A DNA stretch of 18,230 nucleotides from Breznakia sp. PF5-3 (GCF_029504745.1 NZ_JAQFIQ010000047.1:1-18230); one strand, 5' to 3'. Counted from the stretch's first letter, positions 1 to 11,349 are shown. Program-made: numbers and translations. The notes: generated from the letters alone by a model not told the origin.

Positions 1-88
1 ATGGACACCCTTGTCTTCGGCTACGGGTTAGCGACTACACCCCCCACAGTGGACTTTCACCACTAGATATATGCCATGCCTAGCACAC
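1..88 (-). mobile_element. Group II intron, 5'-terminal segment (start of domain I), class C-like; continues beyond the left window edge
   Basis: The minus strand reads GTGTGCTAGGCATGGCATATATCTAGTGGTGAAAGTCCACTGTGGGGGGTGTAGTCGCTAACCCGTAGCCGAAGACAAGGGTGTCCAT. It has the canonical GUGYG 5' end. Blocks GGCAUGG, GGUGA(A/G)AGUCC, UAGCC and CAAGGGUGUCC occur in the same order as I recall for the Oceanobacillus iheyensis IIC intron 5' end. The segment is about 54% GC versus about 33% for the window. It starts 1-2 nt after the U-tract of the rpoC terminator, the classical IIC insertion context. Confidence 0.7.
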
Positions 89-89
89 C

Positions 90-126
90 AAAAAAGGTAT
101 CACTCTAAATTGAGTTGATACCTTTT
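90..126 (-). terminator. Rho-independent terminator of rpoBC
   Basis: Minus strand: GGTATCAACTC-AATTTA-GAGTGATACC, a roughly 10-bp stem with a 1-nt bulge, followed by TTTTTT (positions 95..90). It lies about 25 nt downstream of the rpoC stop codon at 151..153. Confidence 0.85.
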
Positions 127-150
127 GGTTATTTAAGAGACTTCTATTTA

Positions 151-3100
151 TTACATCTCTGCGTCTTGGACGCTTAGTTCTTCTTCATTGATTGCTTCAC
201 TTACAACATCGTTGCTAGGTAAGCTATCCTTTGGAACAAATGACATCAATTTATCTTCTTCACTTTCATCAATTGCATTTGCCGCTTCACGTTTTGCACG
301 TAATTCTTCAGCTTTTTCTTCAATTAATGTGGAAGTTTCTCTTTCAACATCCAATCCTGTTCCCGCTGGTATTAATTTACCAATAATTACATTTTCTTTT
401 AATCCGATAAGATTATCTTTCTTTCCTTTAATAGAAGCATCTGTAAGAACTTTTGTTGTTTCCTGGAATGATGCTGCACTTAGGAATGAATCTGTCTCTA
501 CACTCGCTTTAGATATACCTAATAATACTGGTGTAAAGGTTGCAGGTTTTCCACCCGATAATAATGCATCACGATTAATTTTTGTAATTTGTGTTAATGA
601 TATCTGCATTCCTGGTATCAAGCTTGTATCATTACCTTCTAATACAACAACTTTTCTCAACATCTGACGTACCATAACTTCAATATGTTTATCAGAAATA
701 TCAATACCTTGAGATGCATATACCTTTTTAACTTCTTTTAAGATATATTGTTGAACTTCTTGAACACCAGCAACTTCTAGTAATTCTTTTGGCGCGACTT
801 GACCTTCGGTGATTTTATCACCTGCAATTACTTCACTACCAACACCTAACCATGCACGAACTACTTGTGTAGGACCAATTTTATGAACGATACTTTCTGT
901 TTCATTCGAAATCGTAACCTCTGTTCCACCAACACCTTCAAGTTGAGCAATCTCAGTAATAGTACCATTGATTTTTGCTAATACAGCTGCACCTTTTGGT
1001 GTTCTAGCCTCAAACAATTCTTCAACACGTGGTAACCCTTGGGTGATATCTCCACCACCTGCAGTTGCCACCCCTCCTGTATGGAAGGTACGCATTGTAA
1101 GTTGGGTACCAGGCTCTCCAATAGATTGAGCTGCCATAATACCAACCGACTCACCAACTTCAACTACTTTTCCTGTAGCCATGTTACGTCCGTAACATTT
1201 CTTACATACTCCATGAATTGATTGACATGTGAAGGCACTTCTAATGAACATACCTTTCACACCAGCATCAATAATCTCTTGTGCTTTATCTTCATCAATG
1301 AATTCATCTGCATCAACAAGTAATGCTTTTGTTTCTGGATGATAAACAGCATCTTTTGCATATCTACCAACCAAACGATCAAACATTGATTCTACAAGTG
1401 AATCTTGTTTACGGTCTCTGATTTCTTCAACCCAATATCCACGATCTGTTCCACAATCTTCTTCTTTTACAACTACATCTTGTGCAACATCGACTAAACG
1501 ACGTGTCAAGTATCCAGACTCAGCTGTTTTCAAGGCTGTATCGGTCAACCCTTTACGCACACCATGGGTAGAAGTAAAGAATTCAGATACATTCAATCCT
1601 TCACGGAAAGAAGAATAAATTGGAACCTCAATTACTGATGGTTGATATCCTTTTGCCGATTTTGATTGTGATGGTTTCGCCATCAAACCACGCATACCTG
1701 CAAGCTGGGTAAAGTTTGAATCATTACCACGAGCTCCAGATGTAGCCATCATATTGATTGGATTTTTACGGCCAATCGCTTTCTTAAACTCAATCAAGAT
1801 ATCTTTCTTAACATCATCCCATAGTTTATTAAGATGACGTTCCCATTCTTGCATTGTAAGTTTTCCTTTGTTACGGTAATTCATTAGCTCTGTAGCTTTT
1901 TCTTTACCATAATCAACATATTGTTTCTTATTTGGAGCCTCTTGAATATCTGCTAAAGACACCGTAATTCCTGCAACTGTTGAATATTTAAATCCATTGT
2001 TCTTGATTTCATCAAGAATTTCAGATGTATCTTCTGTTGAATAACGTTTAAATACTTGCCCAATTACAAGACCAAGGTCTTTCTTTTTCATCGCTTCAAC
2101 AACTGGCATTTTCGCAATCACTTCACGCATATCAGTACCCATTGGATAGAAATATTTGTCAGGTGTTGCAACAAAGTTTTCTTCACTTACCTCATTGATA
2201 TAAGGGAAGTCTTTTGGGAAAATGTTATTAAAAATAACTTTACCAACAGTTGTTACCAAATAAGAATTCTTTTGTGTTTCACTAAACCCTTCTTTATTCA
2301 ATGAACGAGCCATAAGCGCAATTCTCGTATGTAAGTGTACTTGCTTATTTTCATAAGCCATCAACACTTCATTTACATTACGATAAGCATGACCTTCATT
2401 ATCTCCATAAGTTCTCCATAATTCTGCTTCTTGAGGACAATCTAAACCTTCATATTCTTTTGCCTCAACATAAAATTCTTCTTTTGTTTCTTCCATTGTT
2501 AAATAGAAGTTACCAAGCACCATATCTTGTGATGGTGTAACAATTGGTTTTCCATCTTTTGGACCAAGAATGTTATTTGACCCAAGCATTAATACATATG
2601 CTTCAGCTCTTGCTTCTTCACTTAAAGGAACATGAACCGCCATTTGGTCACCATCGAAATCCGCATTGAATGCTGGACAAACAAGTGGGTGAAGACGAAT
2701 AGCACGTCCTTCTACAAGTTTTGGTAAATATGCTTGAATACCAAGACGGTGAAGTGTTGGCGCACGGTTCAATAGAACAGGGTGCCCTTCAATAACATCT
2801 TCTACAATATCCCAAACTCTTGGATCTAATTTATCAATCAATTTTTCAGCTGTTTTATGGTTACTTGCAATCTCGCGATTTACAATTTCATTAATAACAT
2901 ATGGTTTAAATAATTGAATTGCCATTTCCCGTGGAATTCCACATTGATACATTTTTAAATCTGGTCCTACTGCAATTACACTACGTCCTGAGAAGTCAAC
3001 ACGTTTCCCAAGCAAGTTTTGACGGAAACGACCTTGCTTTCCTTTTAGTGAATGTGACAGTGATTTTAATGCACGTCCACCAGCACCAGTAATTGGCTTG

Positions 3101-4005
3101 CTTCTACGTCCATTGTCAATCAATGCATCTACTGCTTCTTGTAACATACGTTTTTCATTTTGTACGATAATCGCTGGCGTTCCTAATTCCAACAATTTTT
3201 TCAAACGATTATTACGTGTAATAACACGACGATATAAATCATTTAAGTCACTTGTTGCAAAACGTCCACCATCTAGTTGAAGCATTGGACGTAAATCTGG
3301 TGGAATAACAGGTAATACACTCAATACCATCCACTCAGGTTTATTATCAGAATTTCTGAAGGCATTCACAGTATCCAAACGTTTAATCAACTTTTTACGC
3401 TTTTCACCTTGAGCACCATCCAAACTATCTTGAATAGCTTTATATTCTTTTTCTAAATCTACTTGTTCCAATAACGTTTTTATCGCTGCTGCACCCGTTT
3501 GTGCAGTAAATGCATCGGCACCATACAATGCCACATTTTCACGATACTCTTTTTCTGAAAGAATTCGTTTGTATTCTAATTTTGTATCTTTTGGATCCGT
3601 TACAATCCATGAAACGAAATATACAACTTCTTCTAACTGTTTTGGTGTAACATCTAAAAGCAATCCAATTCTAGATGGGATTCCTCTTAAATACCAAATG
3701 TGTGCAACAGGAGCCGCTAATTCAATATGCCCCATACGTTCACGACGAACACTTGATTTTGTAATTTCAACACCACAACGATCACAGACTACACCTTTAT
3801 AACGAACTTTCTTATATTTTCCACAATAACATTCCCAGTCTTTACTTGGACCAAAAATACGTTCACAGAAAAGTCCATCACGTTCTGGTTTTTGTGATCG
3901 GTAGTTAATTGTTTCAGGTTTCTTCACTTCCCCATGTGACCACTTTAGAATTCTCTCAGGAGAGGCTAAATTAATTTGAATCGAAGAAAATTTATTAACA
4001 CTCAT
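151..4005 (-). CDS. rpoC: DNA-directed RNA polymerase subunit beta' (1284 aa)
   Basis: Full-length ORF with the N-terminal Zn motif [13 protein letters not shown] and the catalytic [14 protein letters not shown] motif. AAGGAGG lies upstream of the ATG. The gene sits directly downstream of rpoB. The C-terminal tail is acidic. Confidence 0.99.
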   Translation of the reverse strand: MSVNKFSSIQINLASPERILKWSHGEVKKPETINYRSQKPERDGLFCERIFGPSKDWECYCGKYKKVRYKGVVCDRCGVEITKSSVRRERMGHIELAAPVAHIWYLRGIPSRIGLLLDVTPKQLEEVVYFVSWIVTDPKDTKLEYKRILSEKEYRENVALYGADAFTAQTGAAAIKTLLEQVDLEKEYKAIQDSLDGAQGEKRKKLIKRLDTVNAFRNSDNKPEWMVLSVLPVIPPDLRPMLQLDGGRFATSDLNDLYRRVITRNNRLKKLLELGTPAIIVQNEKRMLQEAVDALIDNGRRSKPITGAGGRALKSLSHSLKGKQGRFRQNLLGKRVDFSGRSVIAVGPDLKMYQCGIPREMAIQLFKPYVINEIVNREIASNHKTAEKLIDKLDPRVWDIVEDVIEGHPVLLNRAPTLHRLGIQAYLPKLVEGRAIRLHPLVCPAFNADFDGDQMAVHVPLSEEARAEAYVLMLGSNNILGPKDGKPIVTPSQDMVLGNFYLTMEETKEEFYVEAKEYEGLDCPQEAELWRTYGDNEGHAYRNVNEVLMAYENKQVHLHTRIALMARSLNKEGFSETQKNSYLVTTVGKVIFNNIFPKDFPYINEVSEENFVATPDKYFYPMGTDMREVIAKMPVVEAMKKKDLGLVIGQVFKRYSTEDTSEILDEIKNNGFKYSTVAGITVSLADIQEAPNKKQYVDYGKEKATELMNYRNKGKLTMQEWERHLNKLWDDVKKDILIEFKKAIGRKNPINMMATSGARGNDSNFTQLAGMRGLMAKPSQSKSAKGYQPSVIEVPIYSSFREGLNVSEFFTSTHGVRKGLTDTALKTAESGYLTRRLVDVAQDVVVKEEDCGTDRGYWVEEIRDRKQDSLVESMFDRLVGRYAKDAVYHPETKALLVDADEFIDEDKAQEIIDAGVKGMFIRSAFTCQSIHGVCKKCYGRNMATGKVVEVGESVGIMAAQSIGEPGTQLTMRTFHTGGVATAGGGDITQGLPRVEELFEARTPKGAAVLAKINGTITEIAQLEGVGGTEVTISNETESIVHKIGPTQVVRAWLGVGSEVIAGDKITEGQVAPKELLEVAGVQEVQQYILKEVKKVYASQGIDISDKHIEVMVRQMLRKVVVLEGNDTSLIPGMQISLTQITKINRDALLSGGKPATFTPVLLGISKASVETDSFLSAASFQETTKVLTDASIKGKKDNLIGLKENVIIGKLIPAGTGLDVERETSTLIEEKAEELRAKREAANAIDESEEDKLMSFVPKDSLPSNDVVSEAINEEELSVQDAEM

Positions 4006-4019
4006 TATTTAACGCCTCC

Positions 4020-7000
4020 TTAGTCTAATGCACTAATCAGTGCATCCATATCTGTAATATCTTCATTTGCTTCATCTATATCATCTGCATCAGCAACAAT
4101 TTCTTCATCTTCATCAATATTGATGTCCTTGAATTCTTCATCTAGTTGTGCAGATTCTACTTCTGTATTTACTGGTATATCACGTTTTGGTTTATCATCT
4201 TCTTCTTTTTTATTTAAATCAACAAGATTATTATCGTCATCAAACATCTTCACATCAATTGCTAATGCTTGAAGTTCATGTACAAGTACTCTAAACGATT
4301 CTGGAATACCTGCTTCTGGAATATCTTTTCCTTTGATAATCGCTTCATACGTTTTCGTACGTCCTGCAATATCATCTGATTTAATTGTAAGAATTTCTTG
4401 AAGTGTGTGAGCCGCACCATATGCTTCTAAAGCCCAAACCTCCATCTCACCAAATCTTTGACCACCATTTTGTGCCTTACCACCAAGCGGTTGTTGAGTA
4501 ACCAATGAGTAAGGCCCTGTAGCACGTGCATGCAACTTATCGTCAACCATGTGTGCCAATTTAATCATATACATAACTCCAACACTGATTCGCTCATCAA
4601 ATGGCTCCCCTGTTCTACCATCATATAGAACCGTTTTACCATCTTTTGTCATTTCTGCTTCATCCATGATAGAACTCAATTCATCATTGTCAATTCCATC
4701 AAATACTGGTGTAGCAAATTTAACACCTAATTTTTTCGCAGCGAACCCTAAGTGGATTTCTAATACTTGTCCAATATTCATACGTGAAGGCACCCCAAAT
4801 GGATTCAACATGATATCCACTGGTGTTCCATCTGGCATATATGGCATATCTTCAATTGGAAGAATTTTAGAGATTACCCCTTTGTTTCCATGACGTCCTG
4901 CCATCTTATCTCCTTCAGAGATTTTACGCTTTTGAACAATATATACTTTTACTGTTTCATTAACCCCAGGAGGAAGGTCATGTCCATCACTACGTTTAAA
5001 TACACGCACACTATGAACAATACCATCACCACCATGTGGTACCTTTAAAGAATTATCACGAACTTCACGTGATTTTTCACCAAAAATTGCTAGTAATAAT
5101 TTTTCTTCTGGAGAAATTTCACTTTGACCCTTTGGTGTAACTTTACCAACAAGGATATCTCCTTCTTTAACTTCTGCCCCAACCATTACGATTCCACGTG
5201 AATCCAGATTACGACATGCACTTTCACTAACATTTGGAATATCTCTAGTAATTTCTTCAGGTCCTAATTTTGTATCACGACAATCAATATCATAATCTTC
5301 AATATGGATTGAAGTATATACATCATCACGTACCAAACGTTCAGACATAATAATTGCATCCTCATAGTTATATCCATACCATGTCATATATGCAATCGTA
5401 ACATTTTGACCTAAAGCCAATTCTCCATTTTGCATTGAAGGTCCATCAACAATAACATCTCCTGCTTCAATCTTTTCACCTTTTTTAACAATCGGAATTT
5501 GATTGATACTAGTACCTGCATTTGAACACTCAAATTTCTTCAATTGATATTCACGTTTTCCATCTTTTTCACTAACAACTACTTTGTCAGCATCAACGTA
5601 TTCAATAACTCCATCACTTTTTGCTACAACTCCACTACCTGAGTCTTTCGCAATTTTATTTTCAATTCCCGTACCAACATATGGACTTTGTGGTTTTACT
5701 AAAGGAACTGCTTGACGTTGCATGTTCGCACCCATTAGTGCACGAGATGCATCATCATTTTCTAAGAATGGAATACAAGCTGTCGCTACTGAAACGATTT
5801 GTTTTGGACTTACGTCAGCCAATTCAACATCGTCACGATCCGCCAAAATGGTTTCACCATTCAAACGAGCTACTACTTGTTCATTTACCAATTTACCATC
5901 AATTACCTCATTCGCTTGGGCAATTACATAATCTGCTTCATCATCAGCACTTAAATAAATTGCTTCTTCAGAAACCGATCCATCTTTATTTACCAAACGA
6001 TATGGTGTTTGAATGAAGCCATATTCATTAATTTTTCCATATGTCGTTAAATTTGAAATCAAACCAATGTTTGGTCCCTCTGGTGTCTCGATTGGACAAA
6101 TTCTTCCATAGTGAGAAGAATGAACATCACGTACTTCAAATCCTGCACGCTCACGAGATAAACCACCAGGTCCTAACGCTGAAATACGACGTTTATTCGT
6201 CAATTCAGCTAATGGATTTTGTTGGTCCATGAACTGTGATAACTGTGAACTAGAGAAAAACTCTTTAATCGCAGCTGTAAGAGGACGAATATTCGTTAAT
6301 TTTTTGGGTGTCAATGTTTCAATTTCCGCAATTGACATTCTTTCTTTAACCACTCTCTCCATTCTTGAAAGCCCTATTCTAAATTGATTTTGAATAAGTT
6401 CTCCAACCGAACGAATACGACGATTACCCAACATATCAATATCATCACTCTCACCAATATTTTCCATTGTGTTCAATGTATATGAATACAATGCATACAT
6501 ATCTGAAACAGTGATTGTATTTCTCTTAATAAATGGATCATTTCCAATTACTTTTACTGGAATATTATCTCCATCATGAACTTTTACTTCTTGTACTGCA
6601 CATCCAATTAAGTAAGCATATACTTTTTTACCACTATCAACAATTGCTTTCAATTGTGTTTCTTGTGCATCTGATAAAGGTGCCGCTTTTTCTTTTTCAG
6701 CGAATTCAAAAGTAAATGGTTCGCCGTTTTCATCAACCAAATCATTTCCTTTTTCATCTGTTAAACGCCCTAATGAGTAAAGGGTTTGACCATAACTCAT
6801 AACAGCTTTGAAATTCTTTTTATCCAATTCCACTGCTTTAGCGATAATACCACCATAAACAGTAACTTCATCAACTTCTTTAACCAATACTTTTACATCA
6901 TTCTCACTCAACACATGATTTGCTTCAAATGTTCCTTTTTTCATTTCAACATCTTCTGCTAAAACACGCCCCACAAGAGCAAGATTATAAGAAGTAGGAA

Positions 7001-8198
7001 TAACTACTTTATCTGCATGATAGAACAATGTGTTGTATGGGAACGCATTTGTATGCATCCCTTTTGCCATCTCTTCACGTAATGTATTACGGATTTCGCG
7101 ATTCACAAAAGTTCCACTCTTACATAAAACTTTACCATTCACATCAAGCACATCATGAGCAAGATAATTATTTGTCATACGATCAACAACAAACAATTTC
7201 TTACCAAGTTTAAATCTTCCAGCTTTCGTAAGATCATAACGACGTGAATCAAAGAATTTTGCATTCATCAAAGTGATTGATCCATCCAAAGTAGGAATTT
7301 CATCTGCTCTTTGATTTTCATAAACGCTTAAAAGTGCTTCCTGTGTAGTCGCAACTTTATCACTCATTAGTGTATTCTCAATTTCTTCATATTTTCCAAA
7401 GTATGAACCATATAGATTCAAATATAATTCTAAAAATTCTCTTTCTTCCATATCTTCAGGAACATCTTCAACCAAATCACGATCAAGTGACTTTAAGAAA
7501 ATCTTCATTTGATCAGAATCAAAAGCATCAATATTATTATCTAAGTCAATTGACATCCCAAGTGCCTTAAATAAAATTGTTGACAACATTTTACGTTTTC
7601 TATCAATACTCATGCTGAGCATTCTTCCTGATGTTTGCTTCTTAATTTCACTCATGAATTCAAGCCATGTACCACGACTTGGAATCAATTCTGATTGGTA
7701 TATTTCACGACCCGTTTTTTCTTCAAAACTTGTCAAAAAATATGCTCCTGGTGAACGTACAATTTGTGATACGATTACACGTTCAGCACCATTAATTACA
7801 AAAGTCCCATTATCCGTCATTAATGGGAAATCACCAAGGAAGACATCTTCTTCTTTAGAAATTAATTCCCCTGTATTTGGATCCTCAATCTCCAATTCCA
7901 TTTTCGCCTTTAAAGATGTTGCATAGTTAATTTCACGATATAGTGATTCCTCTGCGTTAAACTTTGGCTCTTCAAATTCATAATCAACGAATTTTAACTT
8001 AATATTTCCACCATGATTGGTAATCGGATATATTTCATTAAACACTTCTTGAATTCCTTCATTTTTAAACCAGTTAAAAGAGTCCGTTTGAATCTCCACA
8101 AGATTAGGTAACTCAAGGTCCCCACTCACTTTTGAATAATCTCTACGTTCCGCTTTTTTACCAATTTTTACAGTACGATAAGTGTCTTTTTTTGCCAT
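4020..8198 (-). CDS. rpoB: DNA-directed RNA polymerase subunit beta (about 1392 aa)
   Basis: Contains the Rif-cluster region [34 protein letters not shown], plus [14 protein letters not shown] and [13 protein letters not shown]. The ORF track starts at 8207, but the SD AAAGGA (8212..8207) overlaps that ATG. The same SD is 8 nt from the in-frame ATG at 8198, so I prefer 8198. Confidence 0.98.
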   Translation of the reverse strand: MAKKDTYRTVKIGKKAERRDYSKVSGDLELPNLVEIQTDSFNWFKNEGIQEVFNEIYPITNHGGNIKLKFVDYEFEEPKFNAEESLYREINYATSLKAKMELEIEDPNTGELISKEEDVFLGDFPLMTDNGTFVINGAERVIVSQIVRSPGAYFLTSFEEKTGREIYQSELIPSRGTWLEFMSEIKKQTSGRMLSMSIDRKRKMLSTILFKALGMSIDLDNNIDAFDSDQMKIFLKSLDRDLVEDVPEDMEEREFLELYLNLYGSYFGKYEEIENTLMSDKVATTQEALLSVYENQRADEIPTLDGSITLMNAKFFDSRRYDLTKAGRFKLGKKLFVVDRMTNNYLAHDVLDVNGKVLCKSGTFVNREIRNTLREEMAKGMHTNAFPYNTLFYHADKVVIPTSYNLALVGRVLAEDVEMKKGTFEANHVLSENDVKVLVKEVDEVTVYGGIIAKAVELDKKNFKAVMSYGQTLYSLGRLTDEKGNDLVDENGEPFTFEFAEKEKAAPLSDAQETQLKAIVDSGKKVYAYLIGCAVQEVKVHDGDNIPVKVIGNDPFIKRNTITVSDMYALYSYTLNTMENIGESDDIDMLGNRRIRSVGELIQNQFRIGLSRMERVVKERMSIAEIETLTPKKLTNIRPLTAAIKEFFSSSQLSQFMDQQNPLAELTNKRRISALGPGGLSRERAGFEVRDVHSSHYGRICPIETPEGPNIGLISNLTTYGKINEYGFIQTPYRLVNKDGSVSEEAIYLSADDEADYVIAQANEVIDGKLVNEQVVARLNGETILADRDDVELADVSPKQIVSVATACIPFLENDDASRALMGANMQRQAVPLVKPQSPYVGTGIENKIAKDSGSGVVAKSDGVIEYVDADKVVVSEKDGKREYQLKKFECSNAGTSINQIPIVKKGEKIEAGDVIVDGPSMQNGELALGQNVTIAYMTWYGYNYEDAIIMSERLVRDDVYTSIHIEDYDIDCRDTKLGPEEITRDIPNVSESACRNLDSRGIVMVGAEVKEGDILVGKVTPKGQSEISPEEKLLLAIFGEKSREVRDNSLKVPHGGDGIVHSVRVFKRSDGHDLPPGVNETVKVYIVQKRKISEGDKMAGRHGNKGVISKILPIEDMPYMPDGTPVDIMLNPFGVPSRMNIGQVLEIHLGFAAKKLGVKFATPVFDGIDNDELSSIMDEAEMTKDGKTVLYDGRTGEPFDERISVGVMYMIKLAHMVDDKLHARATGPYSLVTQQPLGGKAQNGGQRFGEMEVWALEAYGAAHTLQEILTIKSDDIAGRTKTYEAIIKGKDIPEAGIPESFRVLVHELQALAIDVKMFDDDNNLVDLNKKEEDDKPKRDIPVNTEVESAQLDEEFKDINIDEDEEIVADADDIDEANEDITDMDALISALD

Positions 8199-8282
8199 GA
8201 ATGCCATCCTTTCTATTCTGTTTTAAAACAACTTAAAGGGCACACGCCCCCATTCTAATTATTTATTATTATGCAATTTAAT

Positions 8283-8311
8283 ATATTACCAATAAAATGT
8301 CAAATTGTCAA
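8283..8311 (-). promoter_or_regulatory. Putative sigma-A promoter for rpoBC
   Basis: Minus strand: TTGACA (8311..8306), 17-nt spacer, TGgTAATAT extended -10 (hexamer 8288..8283). The -35 overlaps the methyltransferase stop codon. The predicted 5' UTR is about 78 nt. Confidence 0.5.
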
Positions 8312-8904
8312 TTCTTTTTTGCACATAAAATATAATATCCTTGATCCTTCTTTATAATTTCACAATTCCCAAAAACCTCATCAATATATTTTTGAGCACT
8401 TTTGGCACCATGTGATTTACGTATTACAACATACAAGCATCCTTTTGAATGCAAATGTTCATAAGACTCTTTAAACATTTTATAGATTACTTGCTTTCCC
8501 GCCCGAATAGGAGGATTGGTAATAATACTGTCAAAACATTCATCATTAATAGAATCAAAAATATTAGATTTTATGATTGTCGCTTTCACATCATTGCGTA
8601 ATGCATTTTCCTCAGCTAACTGCAAGGCTCGTGAATTCACATCAACCATCCAAACATCCTTATCCACATAAGTTTTCTTCAGAATGATACCAATCGTTCC
8701 ATAACCACAACCAAGGTCTAAGATTTTAGCTCCTAAATCTGCATCTTTTATTGCATTTAATAACACTTTACTCCCTTCGTCAATCTCATCTTTTGAAAAG
8801 ACGCCATTGTCACTTAGAAAGGAATAATCAAAACACCAAAACCGGAAAGAGATTTCCTTCCGGTTACTTTTTAAATGTTGGTTATCATCAAAATAATGAT
8901 TCAT
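8308..8904 (-). CDS. ybxB: Class I SAM-dependent (RsmC/RlmG-type, MTS family) methyltransferase, 198 aa
   Basis: Motif I is ILDLGCGYGTIG and motif IV is IITNPPIRAG (NPP-type N-methyltransferase). Its position between rplL and rpoB matches B. subtilis ybxB. Confidence 0.85.
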   Translation of the reverse strand: MNHYFDDNQHLKSNRKEISFRFWCFDYSFLSDNGVFSKDEIDEGSKVLLNAIKDADLGAKILDLGCGYGTIGIILKKTYVDKDVWMVDVNSRALQLAEENALRNDVKATIIKSNIFDSINDECFDSIITNPPIRAGKQVIYKMFKESYEHLHSKGCLYVVIRKSHGAKSAQKYIDEVFGNCEIIKKDQGYYILCAKKN

Positions 8905-8936
8905 AGCTCCACATCCTTTGGTGTTTATTATTTTAA

Positions 8937-9314
8937 TTATTTAACTTCTACTGCAGCTCCAGCTTCTGTTAATTTTGCTTTAATTTCTTCTGCTTCAGCA
9001 GTTGGGATGTTTTCCTTAACTACAGCTGGCGTAGCTTCTACTTTTTGTTTTGCTTCTAATAAACCTAAACCTGTAATTTCTCTAACTGCTTTAATTACGT
9101 TAACTTTAGATCCACCTACATCTGTAATTGTAACTGTAACTTCTGTTGGTTCTCCAGCAGCAGCACCTTCATCAGCTCCAGCTCCTGCAACTGCAACTGG
9201 TGCAGCAGCGCTTACTCCAAATTCTTCTTCAATTGCTTCGATTAATTCGTTTAATTCTAAAATTGTCATCTCTTTTAGTGATGCAATAACATCATCTTTA
9301 TTTAATTTTGCCAT
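8937..9314 (-). CDS. rplL: 50S ribosomal protein bL12 (L7/L12)
   Basis: 125 aa with an Ala/Gly-rich hinge ([20 protein letters not shown]) and a conserved C-terminal domain ([24 protein letters not shown]). SD AGGAGGAAAAGC lies before the ATG. Confidence 0.98.
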   Translation of the reverse strand: MAKLNKDDVIASLKEMTILELNELIEAIEEEFGVSAAAPVAVAGAGADEGAAAGEPTEVTVTITDVGGSKVNVIKAVREITGLGLLEAKQKVEATPAVVKENIPTAEAEEIKAKLTEAGAAVEVK

Positions 9315-9341
9315 TTCGCTTTTCCTCCTAATGTTAATTGA

Positions 9342-9836
9342 TTAAGCTTCTTCTTTTTGATCTCTAACTGCACTAAGTGCATATGCAAACTTTCTAACAG
9401 GTGCTTGGAAACATCCAAGGATCATTGAGATCATACCATCGCGGTTTGGTAATTTCGATAATTTTGTAAGAGTATCGATACCAACGACTTCACCTTCTAC
9501 TACTCCAGCCTTGATAACTAATGCATCATGGTCTTTCGCAAATTTAACAAGTACTCTAGCTGGTGCTACAGCATCTTCACCAAATGCAATTGCGTTTGGT
9601 CCAGTTAAATTTTCTTTTAACCCTTCAACATCTGCCTGTTCAGTAGCTCTTGTAACCATTGAGTTTTTGTAAACTTTAAACTCAACACCTTCACTTCTTA
9701 GATCACGACGAAGTTGTGTTACTTCAGCAACGCTCAAACCACGGTATTCAACAACTACAGAACTAGCTGCATCTTTGAATTTTCCAGCGATTTCTTCAAC
9801 CATTGCTTTTTTTGAGTCTAATACTGTTTGGTTCAT
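9342..9836 (-). CDS. rplJ: 50S ribosomal protein uL10
   Basis: 164 aa with typical L10 sequence (VVVEYRGLSVAEVTQLRRDLR) and an AGGAGG SD. It lies upstream of rplL. Confidence 0.97.
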   Translation of the reverse strand: MNQTVLDSKKAMVEEIAGKFKDAASSVVVEYRGLSVAEVTQLRRDLRSEGVEFKVYKNSMVTRATEQADVEGLKENLTGPNAIAFGEDAVAPARVLVKFAKDHDALVIKAGVVEGEVVGIDTLTKLSKLPNRDGMISMILGCFQAPVRKFAYALSAVRDQKEEA

Positions 9837-9988
9837 GTTTAACCTCCTAATTATATATGTACAATATACCTAAGAGTATAAAAACTCGCTCTTGTCATAG
9901 ACGAAAGCGAGTGAAAAATTAATATCTTTCTCTAACCTCGGTAACATGATTAAGCATAAAGCCGTTACTGTCTATGGCATATTGAAAC
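9837..9988 (-). promoter_or_regulatory. Ribosomal protein L10 leader (autoregulatory 5' UTR, Firmicute attenuation type)
   Basis: A roughly 150-nt untranslated leader lies between a good promoter and rplJ. It holds paired GTAAC/GTTAC segments and an intrinsic-terminator-like hairpin about 43 nt before the start codon. This layout matches the known L10 leader family (Rfam RF00557). I did not run a covariance model. Confidence 0.6.
9880..9911 (-). terminator. Attenuator terminator inside the L10 leader
   Basis: Minus strand: CTCGCTTT-cgtctatgac-AAGAGCGAG followed by TTTTTATAC. Confidence 0.6.
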
Positions 9989-9994
9989 ATTGTT

Positions 9995-10023
9995 ATTCTA
10001 TATGGTTTTCAAACTAAAGTCAA
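9995..10023 (-). promoter_or_regulatory. Putative sigma-A promoter for rplJL
   Basis: Minus strand: TTGACT (10023..10018), 17-nt spacer, TAGAAT (10000..9995). It lies immediately after the rplA stop codon. Confidence 0.55.
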
Positions 10024-10025
10024 GT

Positions 10026-10706
10026 TTAAACTGCAACTTTAATTCCAGGCCCCATTGTACTACTAATTGATACATTCAAGAAGTATTGACCTTTTACTGC
10101 AGCTGGACGAGCTTTCGCAACGATATCGAAAAGTGTATTAAAGTTTTCAACAATCTTTGGTTCGTCAAATGATACTTTTCCAATAAGGACATTGATATTA
10201 CCATCTTTATCAACACGGTATTCAACTTTTCCTTTTTTAATATCTTCAACAGCTTTTTTCACATCCATTGTTACAGTTCCTGTTTTAGGGTTTGGCATCA
10301 AACCTTTTGGTCCTAAGATTTTTCCTAGTTTTCCTAGCTCACCCATCATATTAGGTGTTGCTACGATAACATCAAAATCCATCCATCCCTTTTTAATATC
10401 TTCTAATAATTCTTTACCACCAACAAAATCTGCTCCAGCATCTTTTGCTTCTTGTTCTTGTGGTCCTTGTGCAATAACACAAACTTTTTGTGAACGACCA
10501 CTACCATTTGGTAATACAATCGCTCCACGGATTTGTTGATCTGCATGACGTGGATCAACATTTAATCTTAATGAAAGTTCAATACTTTCATCAAATTTCG
10601 CATAACTTGCTTTTTTCATCAATGATACTGCTTCTTCAATTGAATAAGATTTTGTACTATCAACTAATTGAGCAGCTTCCAAATACTTTCTACCTTTCTT
10701 AGCCAT
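10026..10706 (-). CDS. rplA: 50S ribosomal protein uL1
   Basis: 226 aa with typical L1 sequence ([50 protein letters not shown]) and an AGGAGGAAATT SD. Confidence 0.98.
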   Translation of the reverse strand: MAKKGRKYLEAAQLVDSTKSYSIEEAVSLMKKASYAKFDESIELSLRLNVDPRHADQQIRGAIVLPNGSGRSQKVCVIAQGPQEQEAKDAGADFVGGKELLEDIKKGWMDFDVIVATPNMMGELGKLGKILGPKGLMPNPKTGTVTMDVKKAVEDIKKGKVEYRVDKDGNINVLIGKVSFDEPKIVENFNTLFDIVAKARPAAVKGQYFLNVSISSTMGPGIKVAV

Positions 10707-10715
10707 AATTTCCTC

Positions 10716-11135
10716 CTATTCCATACCTTCCACAACAATACCCATGTTGCGAGCAGTACCTGCAATAATCTTCATTGCTCCCTCAACGTCATTTGCGTTA
10801 AGGTCTTGCATCTTATATTCTGCGATTTCTTTTACTTGATCAGCACTTACTGTTCCAACTGAATCTTTAGAATCTGATGCACCTTTGTTAATTTTTGCCG
10901 CTTTCTTCAACAAAATACTAGCTGGCGTTGTTTTTAATACGAAATCAAAACTTTTGTCTTCGTATGCTGTAATGATAACCGGAACGATATCTCCTTGACG
11001 TTCTTTTGTAGCATCGTTAAATGCTTGTGTAAACTGAGGCATGTTAATACCTACAGAAGCCAAAGCAGGTCCTGGTTTCGCTCCCCCAGCAGGGAATTGT
11101 AGCTTCGCTACTTTTGCGATTTTTTTCTTACTCAT
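10716..11135 (-). CDS. rplK: 50S ribosomal protein uL11
   Basis: 139 aa with typical L11 sequence ([25 protein letters not shown]) and a TAGGAGGTG SD. Confidence 0.98.
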   Translation of the reverse strand: MSKKKIAKVAKLQFPAGGAKPGPALASVGINMPQFTQAFNDATKERQGDIVPVIITAYEDKSFDFVLKTTPASILLKKAAKINKGASDSKDSVGTVSADQVKEIAEYKMQDLNANDVEGAMKIIAGTARNMGIVVEGME

Positions 11136-11214
11136 AAGACACCTCCTATATTTGGTCTTATGCAGTGGTGAAACGAAGAATCGCGTCTTCTACCACGCAT
11201 ACCTAAAATCAGGC
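11136..11214 (-). promoter_or_regulatory. rplKA 5' leader with a candidate L1-binding hairpin
   Basis: Minus strand: GCGTGGT-A-GAAGA-CGCGAT-TCTTC-GTTTC-ACCAC-T-GC, a bipartite hairpin with an asymmetric internal loop about 25 nt upstream of the SD. L1 autoregulation of the L11 operon through an rRNA-mimic leader is established in other bacteria. Its assignment here is inference. Confidence 0.3.
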
Positions 11215-11220
11215 TATTTA

Positions 11221-11249
11221 ATAATATAACACATACCCCATAAATGCAA
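11221..11249 (-). promoter_or_regulatory. Putative sigma-A promoter for rplKA
   Basis: Minus strand: TTGCAT (11249..11244), 17-nt spacer, TATTAT (11226..11221). Confidence 0.55.
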
Positions 11250-11286
11250 GGAATTTCTCCACTTATTTAGATATGTTTTATAAAGC

Positions 11287-11305
11287 AAAAAGGATACTAC
11301 ATCCT
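11287..11305 (-). terminator. Weak terminator-like hairpin after the SAP-motif gene
   Basis: Minus strand: AGGAT-gtagt-ATCCT followed by TTTTGCTTT. The stem is only 5-6 bp. Confidence 0.3.
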
Positions 11306-11349
11306 ATTCATTTTATATTCCTATATTAATCATATCCTTCGATATTAAA

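Noticed and set aside
188-7926. Multiple 60-159-aa plus-strand ORFs (188..667, 978..1163 in a minus alternative frame, 2056..2304, 3098..3280, 3569..3802, 4549..4893, 5621..6016, 5722..5931, 6041..6232, 6533..6715, 7028..7213, 7370..7570, 7612..7926)
   Set aside because: All are embedded in or antisense to rpoC and rpoB. They have low-complexity or hydrophobic translations and no start-site signals. Such ORFs are expected by chance opposite long genes with strong codon bias.
8199-8207. rpoB start at the first in-frame ATG (8207, MAFMAKK...)
   Set aside because: The only SD (AAAGGA) overlaps this ATG and is correctly spaced for the ATG at 8198. The difference is only 3 codons and remains uncertain without homologue alignment.
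8875-9345. 156-aa plus-strand ORF rich in Ala/Ser/Pro/Thr
   Set aside because: It is exactly antisense to rplL. Its low-complexity sequence mirrors the Ala/Gly-rich L12 hinge. It has no RBS, while rplL is unambiguous.
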